A DNA stretch of 35,452 bases from the IMG/VR virus record IMGVR_UViG_3300033067_002307, positions 1-35,452 of that record; one strand, given 5' to 3'. This DNA comes from a virus (taxonomy: Duplodnaviria; Caudoviricetes). A program made the translations under genes and the position numbers. The notes under the pieces are model-generated. The model searched no databases, was not told the DNA's origin, and worked only from the letters and a program-made list of their open reading frames with translations. Shown here piece by piece: positions 17,327-24,421 of the stretch. Each line of letters opens with the position of its first letter. Position 1 is the stretch's first letter.

Positions 17327-17355
17327 TCCCGAGTTTTCGCAACGCTCGGGATTTG
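17327..17355. terminator. Hairpin between convergent early and lysis units
   Basis: TCCCGAG/CTCGGGA stem at 17327-17351; U-tail is weak. Confidence 0.4.
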
Positions 17356-17401
17356 GTCCACGACACGCGTGGTTAACTCGTGTGACAGATCGGAGAGACG
17401 A

Positions 17402-17689
17402 TCACTTACACTTCGCGACTTTGGCCTCTAAATCCGTGACGTAATCTAAAAGCTTTTCAGAATCTCTCGGCGATAGCCCAAAATATTTATTCGCATCTCT
17501 CGCTTCAACTTGAAGATCATTCCCATCGGGATCAGTACACAAGAAAGCATTTCGATCAGATGAAAAAAAACAAAGCGTCAGCGGAGGTCTTTTAGGACCA
17601 CACGAACTAAGGGTGATTCCAGCCAGCGCTAAGATGATGAGCAGCAGACTGGATCTCTTCAGGTGTTTTTGCTTGGGCAAGTTTGTCAT
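17402..17689 (-). CDS. Outer-membrane spanin (Rz1-like lipoprotein)
   Basis: Basic n-region, hydrophobic h-region, lipobox LSSC, extra Cys residues; overlaps the upstream gene in another frame. Confidence 0.65.
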   Translation of the reverse strand: MTNLPKQKHLKRSSLLLIILALAGITLSSCGPKRPPLTLCFFSSDRNAFLCTDPDGNDLQVEARDANKYFGLSPRDSEKLLDYVTDLEAKVAKCK

Positions 17690-17822
17690 AAGCCTCTCTT
17701 ATCTTTGCCTGATTCTGCTCAATACGATCAAGCCGAGCCGCAATCTGCAAACCCTCAAAAAATTCGATGAGCTTAGGTAAAGCGGCGAGCCCATTCAAAG
17801 CAGCAGTAATTAAACTAAGCAA
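17607..17822 (-). CDS. Inner-membrane spanin (Rz-like; probable TTG start 17822)
   Basis: Hydrophobic N-terminus (LSLITAALNGLAALP) then coiled coil; overlapped Rz/Rz1 architecture. Confidence 0.55.
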   Translation of the reverse strand: MLSLITAALNGLAALPKLIEFFEGLQIAARLDRIEQNQAKIREAYDKLAQAKTPEEIQSAAHHLSAGWNHP

Positions 17823-18372
17823 TTGGTCCCCAGCCCCTTCCTTGAGCAATTCTACATATCGTACTAATGCTTACGCCATATTTTTTTGAAAGAACTCGGC
17901 CGCCGAATTTTCTGTCGTATTTAATATATTGTTTTCTTATTTTGTTAACATCTTTCAAATCAAGCTTAGCCATGGGGTGTTTTTCGCCTGTGCAATCCGT
18001 TCCGTGCAGCTTCCTATGAGACGTATTTAATTTATGGGTTCCATATATTAAATTATCTATCTTATTGTTTTGAGGATTCCCGTCGACATGGCAAACAATA
18101 CATCCTTTGGGTGGCGGCCCCACAAACTCATTTAAAACCATCCGGTGTATTGATTTGTAAAATTTTTTGCCATTTTTCCTAAAACATATTCTTAAATATC
18201 CGCCGCGAACAACAAGCCCCTTCAAAAAAAACGGCTTACGATTCAAGTCAATAAAAGCTTCGGTGCCAGAACGCCTGCCAAAACGTTTTTTTTGAAATCT
18301 ATGAGTTTTTATTTTTCCGTAGTTTGAAACAAAATATCCATCAAACCCAGTTACCGGGCGCCACTCTTCCAT
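17815..18372 (-). CDS. NUMOD4-HNH homing endonuclease
   Basis: EEWRPV.G...Y.VSN.G.I (NUMOD4), HR.V...F.G..P....CH.DGNP.NN..DNL (HNH), C-terminal HTH. Confidence 0.9.
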   Translation of the reverse strand: MEEWRPVTGFDGYFVSNYGKIKTHRFQKKRFGRRSGTEAFIDLNRKPFFLKGLVVRGGYLRICFRKNGKKFYKSIHRMVLNEFVGPPPKGCIVCHVDGNPQNNKIDNLIYGTHKLNTSHRKLHGTDCTGEKHPMAKLDLKDVNKIRKQYIKYDRKFGGRVLSKKYGVSISTICRIAQGRGWGPIA

Positions 18373-18424
18373 ATGGACATTTTAATGGCCGCCACGGCTT
18401 ATGAAAACATTTTTAACGCGAACA

Positions 18425-18604
18425 TTAGAGCTGGGCGATCGCATCGATTTGTCGAATTTTGTCTTCCAACATCGAAATTCTCGCAACGGCTGCGTCCAAT
18501 TGCGCTTGAATCTCCCCCATATCAGGGCAAACCACATCGCTCATGGCGGCAACGTCCACTTTTAATGCTTCAATTTTTTCCAAAACAATAGCTTTATCGA
18601 TCAT
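18425..18604 (-). CDS. 59-aa coiled-coil protein (below the ORF-track cut-off)
   Basis: SD GAGGAG; MIDKAIVLEKIEALKVDVAAMSDVVCPDMGEIQAQLDAAVARISMLEDKIRQIDAIAQL. Confidence 0.6.
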   Translation of the reverse strand: MIDKAIVLEKIEALKVDVAAMSDVVCPDMGEIQAQLDAAVARISMLEDKIRQIDAIAQL

Positions 18605-18677
18605 CTCAATCTCCTCAAAAAAATAAATTAGAACCCTATATGGATGGTGATTTGTCTAGACGCCTACTCGTAAGTGA

Positions 18678-19607
18678 ATGCCTTCTATTATTAAAAAACG
18701 AAGAATCCTTTCTTATGGAGGCTTAACGCTACCGTCCGTTGGACCCTTTGCAACATCTCCAAAACTGGTGGCAAGTTCACTTCCTAATTGGACGATTACA
18801 ACAAATACGTCGTGCCCATTGCACACCCGAGCTAACCCTCTCAAGTACAACACCATCGACTTTGCTGGCGCGACTCCGAAAACTCTGTACCCCTACACAT
18901 CGGCCATTTTTATTCGCTGTAATCTTTTGGTGAGGACCGGCGCTGTTTTTACTCAAATCTTTAATGGTGGAAATGGCGGTTACGGATTTGACGAAGGTTC
19001 AATTGGAGGCGATGGAAGTTCTGGCGGTGGTGCAGGAGCAGAAGCCTTTACCGATGCAGGTAATGGTGGATCGGGTGACGACGGAATTCCTTCAGATACT
19101 ATTCCCGGCGGTCTTGGTTACGGAAACATCTATAATTTTGATTACGCATTTTATCCGCAAGGTGGTGACGGCGGAGATGGCGGCTTTGGTCTTTCCGGTG
19201 GAAATTTTGGCCTTCGCGGCTTCAAAGGCAACGGATACGGAGGCGGCGGCGGCGGTGGTGGCGGAGACTCTTCTGGAGTCAGGGGAGCAGGAGGCGGTGG
19301 AGCGGGCGGCCTCACAGTCATTGTCGCGAACGAATCTCGTGGCGCTATTTTTTTTGACGTCAGTGGTGGCGGAGGCGGAAATGGCGATGCAACCACAGGC
19401 GGAGGCGGCGGAGGTGGATCTGGAGCCATATATCTAGCCTTCAAGAAATACGACGGCCTCATCACAGCACTCGCTGCAGGAGGTACAGGCGGATTTGGAT
19501 ACATCAACGGAAACAACGGAGCCTCTGGAACAATCGCAATTTACGAAATCGGTAGAGACAATTCACTCACAGCCAGAACCCTGGCGAGTACTTGGAATAA
19601 TTTATAA
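18678..19607 (+). CDS. Glycine-rich (polyglycine II-type) adhesin-like protein
   Basis: Repeated GGGGxGG blocks alternating with short beta strands (LTVIVA, AIYLAF, TIAIYE), reminiscent of gp38-type adhesins. Confidence 0.6.
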   Translation: MPSIIKKRRILSYGGLTLPSVGPFATSPKLVASSLPNWTITTNTSCPLHTRANPLKYNTIDFAGATPKTLYPYTSAIFIRCNLLVRTGAVFTQIFNGGNGGYGFDEGSIGGDGSSGGGAGAEAFTDAGNGGSGDDGIPSDTIPGGLGYGNIYNFDYAFYPQGGDGGDGGFGLSGGNFGLRGFKGNGYGGGGGGGGGDSSGVRGAGGGGAGGLTVIVANESRGAIFFDVSGGGGGNGDATTGGGGGGGSGAIYLAFKKYDGLITALAAGGTGGFGYINGNNGASGTIAIYEIGRDNSLTARTLASTWNNL

Positions 19608-19619
19608 AGGAGACAAATT

Positions 19620-19832
19620 ATGGCAACACTTGGAACGATTACTTACGGAACCGCAGGACTTACACTCACCATCAAAGATTCAGATGTTGAAGGTGGCTTT
19701 GCTTCTTTTACACTCGGAGGCGCTGGCCTTGGTGGACAAGAATTTACATTTGAAGCCGCTCAAACTGAAGTTCAAAAAACATTTCGAATGATTGGAGCGG
19801 TTCTTCAACTTAAAGCAGCCCAGTCGCTCTAA
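19620..19832 (+). CDS. Small hypothetical protein
   Basis: 70 aa, SD AAGGAG, TAATG coupling to the next gene. Confidence 0.7.
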   Translation: MATLGTITYGTAGLTLTIKDSDVEGGFASFTLGGAGLGGQEFTFEAAQTEVQKTFRMIGAVLQLKAAQSL

Positions 19833-21058
19833 TGCCTTCAATTATAAAAAAACGAAGAATAAGTGGGGGTCTTTTAGATCCAGCCGTTGCTCTTTATTTT
19901 GCACGCGGAGTCATTACAAACCCCACTGAAAAGGCCGCCGTCATCACTTTGATCAGGGGCCTTAAGTCTTCTGGAATTTATAACAAACTAGATCGTCTAT
20001 GGCTAATGAGCCCAACCTCTGAAGCAGCTGGCCTGTTAGATTTCATCACGCTTACGAGCATGACCAATAACTTCGCCACGCATGGATCAACGGGCTTTAC
20101 CTTTAACGGAACAACAGCGTGGCTTAATACAAATTACCAGCCAGCCTCATCTTCAAAACTTACAGCTAACGACTGCTCTTTTGGAGTCAACGTGTACTCA
20201 GGCACTCCATCCGGCACAAAATCACTTTTGGGATGCACAGATAGTTTCGTTCCAAACTCAATTCGTATTAATGCAGCCGTTTCTGGTGCTAATCTCGTCT
20301 GGACTTATTCAGCCCCAAGTAGCTCGCAAGGGGCTAGCTATACCGCCCAAACATCCACCGATATGATTGGATTTCGAGTGGCCTCCAGAACAAGTAGCAC
20401 CCTCGTCAACGCCTACCAAAATGGATGCGCTTCTCTCGCTAATTCAACCACAGCCAACACAGCCACCCTTTCAGCAGCTACTTTTGCATTGGGTGCGTTT
20501 TATAATGATGGGCTGGGTTCTGCAGGAAACTTCTTTAGCGGAGTTCTAAACCTTGGTTTTATAGCAAAAGGTTTATCAACTGCTGAAATTCAAACTTTTG
20601 ATGAACTTCAATCAGCTTATCAAAACGCCTTGGGTCGCTATGCTTACGCTCCCTCATCAGCGACGTATTTTTCTAATCAATCCATTACAGCGTTTTACGA
20701 AAAATATGCAGCAAACCGATGGATTGCTGAGATGCAAGCTCGAAATATCTGGGCCAAAATGTCGAGAGTCTATCTCTTTAGCCAAACGAGTGCAGCAGCC
20801 GCGAGAGCCTGTGCCAAAACAAACAACTCTTTGACCGTCGTTAACGGAGCGTCTTGGAACAATGCTGGCTATAATACAAATGGAGTAACGGATCTTTTGA
20901 GATTTGATGCGGCCACCAGCACGTTTACTGAAATCACGGCGACAAGTTCTCATATGTTTTCAATGTTTTCAGACCCGGCCACTTACCCAACTAATTCATA
21001 CATGGGCAATGATAACCTAACCGACGCCTATGCTCTGACGGGAGACCTTGCCATATGA
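19832..21058 (+). CDS. Lectin-like (ConA/LamG-like) protein with 1.5 internal repeats
   Basis: F.FNGT.AWL.T...SFGV...SRT.....AYQNG...LG....GLS..E....Y..ALGR, followed by the start of a second copy. Confidence 0.55.
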   Translation: MPSIIKKRRISGGLLDPAVALYFARGVITNPTEKAAVITLIRGLKSSGIYNKLDRLWLMSPTSEAAGLLDFITLTSMTNNFATHGSTGFTFNGTTAWLNTNYQPASSSKLTANDCSFGVNVYSGTPSGTKSLLGCTDSFVPNSIRINAAVSGANLVWTYSAPSSSQGASYTAQTSTDMIGFRVASRTSSTLVNAYQNGCASLANSTTANTATLSAATFALGAFYNDGLGSAGNFFSGVLNLGFIAKGLSTAEIQTFDELQSAYQNALGRYAYAPSSATYFSNQSITAFYEKYAANRWIAEMQARNIWAKMSRVYLFSQTSAAAARACAKTNNSLTVVNGASWNNAGYNTNGVTDLLRFDAATSTFTEITATSSHMFSMFSDPATYPTNSYMGNDNLTDAYALTGDLAI

Positions 21059-21414
21059 GTGTGATTCCAATTGGCGTTTCGTCTTTTACTTTTATTCGAC
21101 AATCGGCGGCTCAATCTCCGGGCGTAGGATATTATCACTCCTTTAGTGGAAGCCGGGCTTCTTCGACGAGCATCAAGTTTTTTTACGATGGCATTCTTGT
21201 CACGACAAACACAACTCTCGATACTGGATCGGTCCCAACCTGGAAAGCAGGAATTGGTGCCGTTACGGCTACTGACTCAACACAAACCAATTACAGCGCA
21301 TTGACCTCGATCTGCACCGCTTCATTAGGCTCAAGCTTAACGGATACAGAGCACGCACAACTTTACGCTGCCAGCGTTCTTTATAACAAAGCCTTAGGAA
21401 GGTTTATCCCATGA
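21055..21414 (+). CDS. C-terminal half of the second lectin-like repeat
   Basis: SRASSTSIKFFYDG...GIGA...LG.SLT.TE...Y.KALGR parallels the end of repeat 1; ATGA overlap. Confidence 0.55.
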   Translation: MSVIPIGVSSFTFIRQSAAQSPGVGYYHSFSGSRASSTSIKFFYDGILVTTNTTLDTGSVPTWKAGIGAVTATDSTQTNYSALTSICTASLGSSLTDTEHAQLYAASVLYNKALGRFIP

Positions 21415-21821
21415 GTAACATCTTTGTTCCGCCCAAAAGATTTCCCAATTATTTTGAAATGATTTTAATTCCTAACGAAAACGTCGAATCTCTTAAGATC
21501 GCGCCGACAGAACAGAACCTGCAAACAGAGATTTGTCCTATTCAGGGCGGAGACAACGTTTTTCGTCTGCCAGCATCTGTGTTTGATTCCGAATACTGGT
21601 CGCAGGAACAAAAGGACTTGCTCGTTACACTCTGCGGAGGCCCGGCTTTTGGCTCTATTCAAGAACTAGAATCTGATATTTTTTGTGGCCCGCTTGGAAT
21701 TCACACAATGAACGATTTGAATGCAGAGCAAATCAACCGCTTAGAAGAGATTCAAAATGGAGATAGGGCTGGACGTCTTCTTGGAAAACGATTCGCCCTG
21801 ACCGAAATGAAAAAGTCTTAA
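21411..21821 (+). CDS. Hypothetical protein, last gene of antisense cassette (possible assembly chaperone)
   Basis: 136 aa, ATGA overlap; chaperone role inferred from position only. Confidence 0.55.
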   Translation: MSNIFVPPKRFPNYFEMILIPNENVESLKIAPTEQNLQTEICPIQGGDNVFRLPASVFDSEYWSQEQKDLLVTLCGGPAFGSIQELESDIFCGPLGIHTMNDLNAEQINRLEEIQNGDRAGRLLGKRFALTEMKKS

Positions 21822-21970
21822 GCTGGGGTTTTTCCGCCAACGTTTTTCAAAACGTTGATGATCGCTTCCATAATTGAATTTGATTTCAACGCAGGAATCA
21901 GCGCAATCGTTTCAGAAACGACAAGTAAACAGGTTGCAATTTGAGCCCAGTGTTCGACGATAAATGACAT
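21818..21970 (-). CDS. Small holin-like membrane protein (50 aa, absent from ORF track)
   Basis: SD GGGGAG; MSFIVEHWAQIATCLLVVSETIALIPALKSNSIMEAIINVLKNVGGKTPA, with the SE..ALIP..KSNSI pattern. Confidence 0.6.
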   Translation of the reverse strand: MSFIVEHWAQIATCLLVVSETIALIPALKSNSIMEAIINVLKNVGGKTPA

Positions 21971-22036
21971 AAGATCTCCCCTTATTATTGTTACTTTAAG
22001 TGTATTGATTCTCAGAATCCGTGCAATAATTTATTT

Positions 22037-22267
22037 GTGTCAAAGACTCCAATTGAGCATTGGATGCGACTCTCCGATCGACAAACTCTTAAAGAGCTTC
22101 GTAAAATGTGCGGCCTGCCACCCCTCACCGAAAAGTGGGTGAAATGTATCTATTGCGACCATCAAGTCCTCTCTCAATTCATCGGTAAAAGGCGTCAGCA
22201 ATTTATTTGCTATAACTGCACCCGCACACAAGAAGACGGAGGAATGCCCACTCACAAACTAGGGTAA
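22037..22267 (+). CDS. Small zinc-ribbon protein, antisense within the lysis cassette
   Basis: LRKMCGL...KCIYC...S......FICYNC. Confidence 0.55.
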   Translation: MSKTPIEHWMRLSDRQTLKELRKMCGLPPLTEKWVKCIYCDHQVLSQFIGKRRQQFICYNCTRTQEDGGMPTHKLG

Positions 22268-22651
22268 GAAGAATCTCTTGAGAGATTTTGGCGGAACCGT
22301 TTGCACATGAATCCACGTCGGAGTCGAATCAAAATCCTCACACCAAAACCCAATAGACTCTAAAGCTTGCAGGCCCTCTTCCGTTAAACACCAATTTTTA
22401 ATGACTTTATCCCAATCTTTTAAATCGGCTGCTCTTCCGAGAAGATGCTGAGACTTGAGCTTCGGTGGTTTTCCCATCGCTTGATAAATCTCAATCTGCT
22501 TTTGCATACTCCTTAAGCCAGAAGTCACAATGAGAGCATGAGGACACAATCCTTGAAATTGATTCAATCGATCTAAAAGATGCGCAAGGTTTTCATCCAC
22601 ATCGGGAGTCGTCGGGTATTCATTAGGATTCAAATCTTTTAACTCAATCAT
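22259..22651 (-). CDS. Endolysin, peptidase M15 family
   Basis: TSGLRS, SQH..G.A.D and W.H Zn-binding motifs. Confidence 0.85.
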   Translation of the reverse strand: MIELKDLNPNEYPTTPDVDENLAHLLDRLNQFQGLCPHALIVTSGLRSMQKQIEIYQAMGKPPKLKSQHLLGRAADLKDWDKVIKNWCLTEEGLQALESIGFWCEDFDSTPTWIHVQTVPPKSLKRFFLP

Positions 22652-22983
22652 GAGTCGCGCTTTTGCTTATAATTTTTGAGTTTTGGATAGTGCTCAAAAT
22701 TAGCAATGATCTGACGTGTATCAATCGCCTCATCCGTAATGTCCGACAAAATTTGCTGGGTGACCTCATGACGCCGTTGATGCTCATCAAGCCTCTCGTG
22801 GACTCTCTCAATCTCTGAGAGCATTTCATCCATAGCAAGAGTGAGCCTCTTAACAGCATCCGTATTTTCCTTGATCGTTTGCGGAAGCTTTAACCAATAA
22901 AAAATGGCGGCCAAGAGTAAGGCCGAAATAATCGGCCCTAAGATCGGCATGAAATCATGAAGTGGCATCCCCTCAACTCCCAC
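22648..22983 (-). CDS. Holin-like single-TM coiled-coil protein
   Basis: One TM segment (ILGPIISALLLAAIFYWL), immediately upstream of the endolysin. Confidence 0.5.
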   Translation of the reverse strand: MGVEGMPLHDFMPILGPIISALLLAAIFYWLKLPQTIKENTDAVKRLTLAMDEMLSEIERVHERLDEHQRRHEVTQQILSDITDEAIDTRQIIANFEHYPKLKNYKQKRDS

Positions 22984-22985
22984 TC

Positions 22986-23522
22986 TTAATCCTGCATAAA
23001 CTTAAACGTAAAGCTCACATCCGTTGTGCTCGCAAACGTCGATGCAGACTTAATCACAGCCAGACAATAAATACTTTGGTCTGCCGCCGCTGCAGCTTGT
23101 TTCATGAGAATGTTGAGGTTTGCCGCTTCTGCAATCGAGAAGCTTGTCGCCGCCGTATAAGTAAACGAGCAACTCACCGTCCCAATAATCTTTGTGATTT
23201 CAGTCGTCGCAATACTCAACGCCGCCTTATCCGCACTCGCAATCGTTGGGCTTGAGCTAAAGAAAATAAAATCAAAGGCCGAGTTTGTGTTGTTTTTATC
23301 ACTCGTCAAAATGCTGGTGAGATAAACTTTTCCAATCGATTTAGGACCGGGACCAGCAGGATTTTGAGTCGTTTGCGTATCAATATCTCGAAAAATATTT
23401 CGAAACGCAGACGTCAAATTCATGATGGAACCAAAACGATTGCCAGAAGCATACGCAGACGCTGCCGTGATCGTTGGTGTTGCTGTGATGGAATCATCAA
23501 GTCCGATAACTTCTGCAATCAT
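22986..23522 (-). CDS. Putative virion structural protein (beta-sandwich)
   Basis: Ala/Thr/Ser-rich, located in the structural operon. Confidence 0.5.
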   Translation of the reverse strand: MIAEVIGLDDSITATPTITAASAYASGNRFGSIMNLTSAFRNIFRDIDTQTTQNPAGPGPKSIGKVYLTSILTSDKNNTNSAFDFIFFSSSPTIASADKAALSIATTEITKIIGTVSCSFTYTAATSFSIAEAANLNILMKQAAAAADQSIYCLAVIKSASTFASTTDVSFTFKFMQD

Positions 23523-23986
23523 CGCGCTCTCCTTGCTCGAATTTGTGCTTTGTATTGAGGTTGGCCAGTACTAAATGAACACGCGCCCTTCATGTAAATT
23601 GTCGTAGTAGATGCAAGGCTGATACGAATCGGAGTAACCCCTAAAGTCGAATGTGAAGACGCTGATGGTACAGCCGTTGAAGCATATTCAAACGATTGGT
23701 TAGGAGCAGCATTCCCCGTTGTGGTTCCGATACCAGCCACGACAAACGTCATGCCGGTAGCTGCATTTAAAGAATAATCCACATATCCCGAAACGTCCCA
23801 ATCACCAGCCGTTAGCGCCACCGATGTTGCATCAAAATAAACGCCCGTCGCTCCCGTGTTGGTATAGGCCGAGACTGTTGCCGATAGGGTTTCTCCGATC
23901 AGACCCGCGCCAGCTGCGTTGTTCGTGGTAGTCCCAAAGAGGTTGGCCGTTGTTTGCCCAGGATATTTTATATACTGATCAGGCAT
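23519..23986 (-). CDS. Putative fibre/spike tip protein
   Basis: GTTTNN.A.AG.IGE and SVALTAGDWDV...ARR motifs, seen at C-termini of phage fibre proteins. Confidence 0.55.
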   Translation of the reverse strand: MPDQYIKYPGQTTANLFGTTTNNAAGAGLIGETLSATVSAYTNTGATGVYFDATSVALTAGDWDVSGYVDYSLNAATGMTFVVAGIGTTTGNAAPNQSFEYASTAVPSASSHSTLGVTPIRISLASTTTIYMKGACSFSTGQPQYKAQIRARRAR

Positions 23987-23987
23987 C

Positions 23988-24362
23988 TTAAATCGCCTTT
24001 CCGGTAATGTAGCCGTTCAACGTTCCGGTTCCCGCTGAAAACGTATAAACAACTCGGATATAAGCCCCACCCAACTGGTTCAGCTCTAAAAATATATTTG
24101 AAGCCGCACCCGAAAGTGTCGGAGTCGAAGGAAGCGTTAAAGCATTCCACGTTCCGGCGTTCACAACCGTTCCGTTCGATGCCAGATAGTCATTTGAAAT
24201 CTGAACAGCAAAAGTTCCCGTCGGTGTTCCGGTCGCAATCAGCTGAATTGAAATGTTATCCAGATAGCGAATATCGGTGACGGTGCTTGTCTGATTGGCT
24301 GTTAAAGCCACCGCATTATAGATCTTAAACGGTGGTAGAAAGTTTTTTGAGTTCCCGGCCAT
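23988..24362 (-). CDS. Putative virion structural/spike protein (start reassigned to ATG 24362)
   Basis: SD AGGAGG before MAGNSK; GTPTGTFAVQISND...W...YIRVVYT jelly-roll pattern. Confidence 0.55.
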   Translation of the reverse strand: MAGNSKNFLPPFKIYNAVALTANQTSTVTDIRYLDNISIQLIATGTPTGTFAVQISNDYLASNGTVVNAGTWNALTLPSTPTLSGAASNIFLELNQLGGAYIRVVYTFSAGTGTLNGYITGKAI

Positions 24363-24421
24363 AAGTGCCCTCCTGTTGGGTTCGGGCGAGTTATTCGCCC
24401 TAGTCACTTACGGCTAACTGT

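Noticed and set aside
17325-17401. Possible tRNA in the convergent intergenic gap
   Set aside because: No cloverleaf or TTCRA T-loop; only hairpins.
17815-18424. Group I intron around the HNH gene
   Set aside because: Only ~50 nt of non-coding flank; no room for a catalytic core.
18960-19520. GGC/GGT-rich repeats and the antisense poly-Pro ORF 19151-19516
   Set aside because: Explained by glycine codons; not a CRISPR array or a separate gene.
18678-21821. Invertible shufflon or DGR explanation for the antisense cassette
   Set aside because: The shared 29-nt repeats are direct, not inverted. No invertase, reverse transcriptase or TR/VR pair seen.
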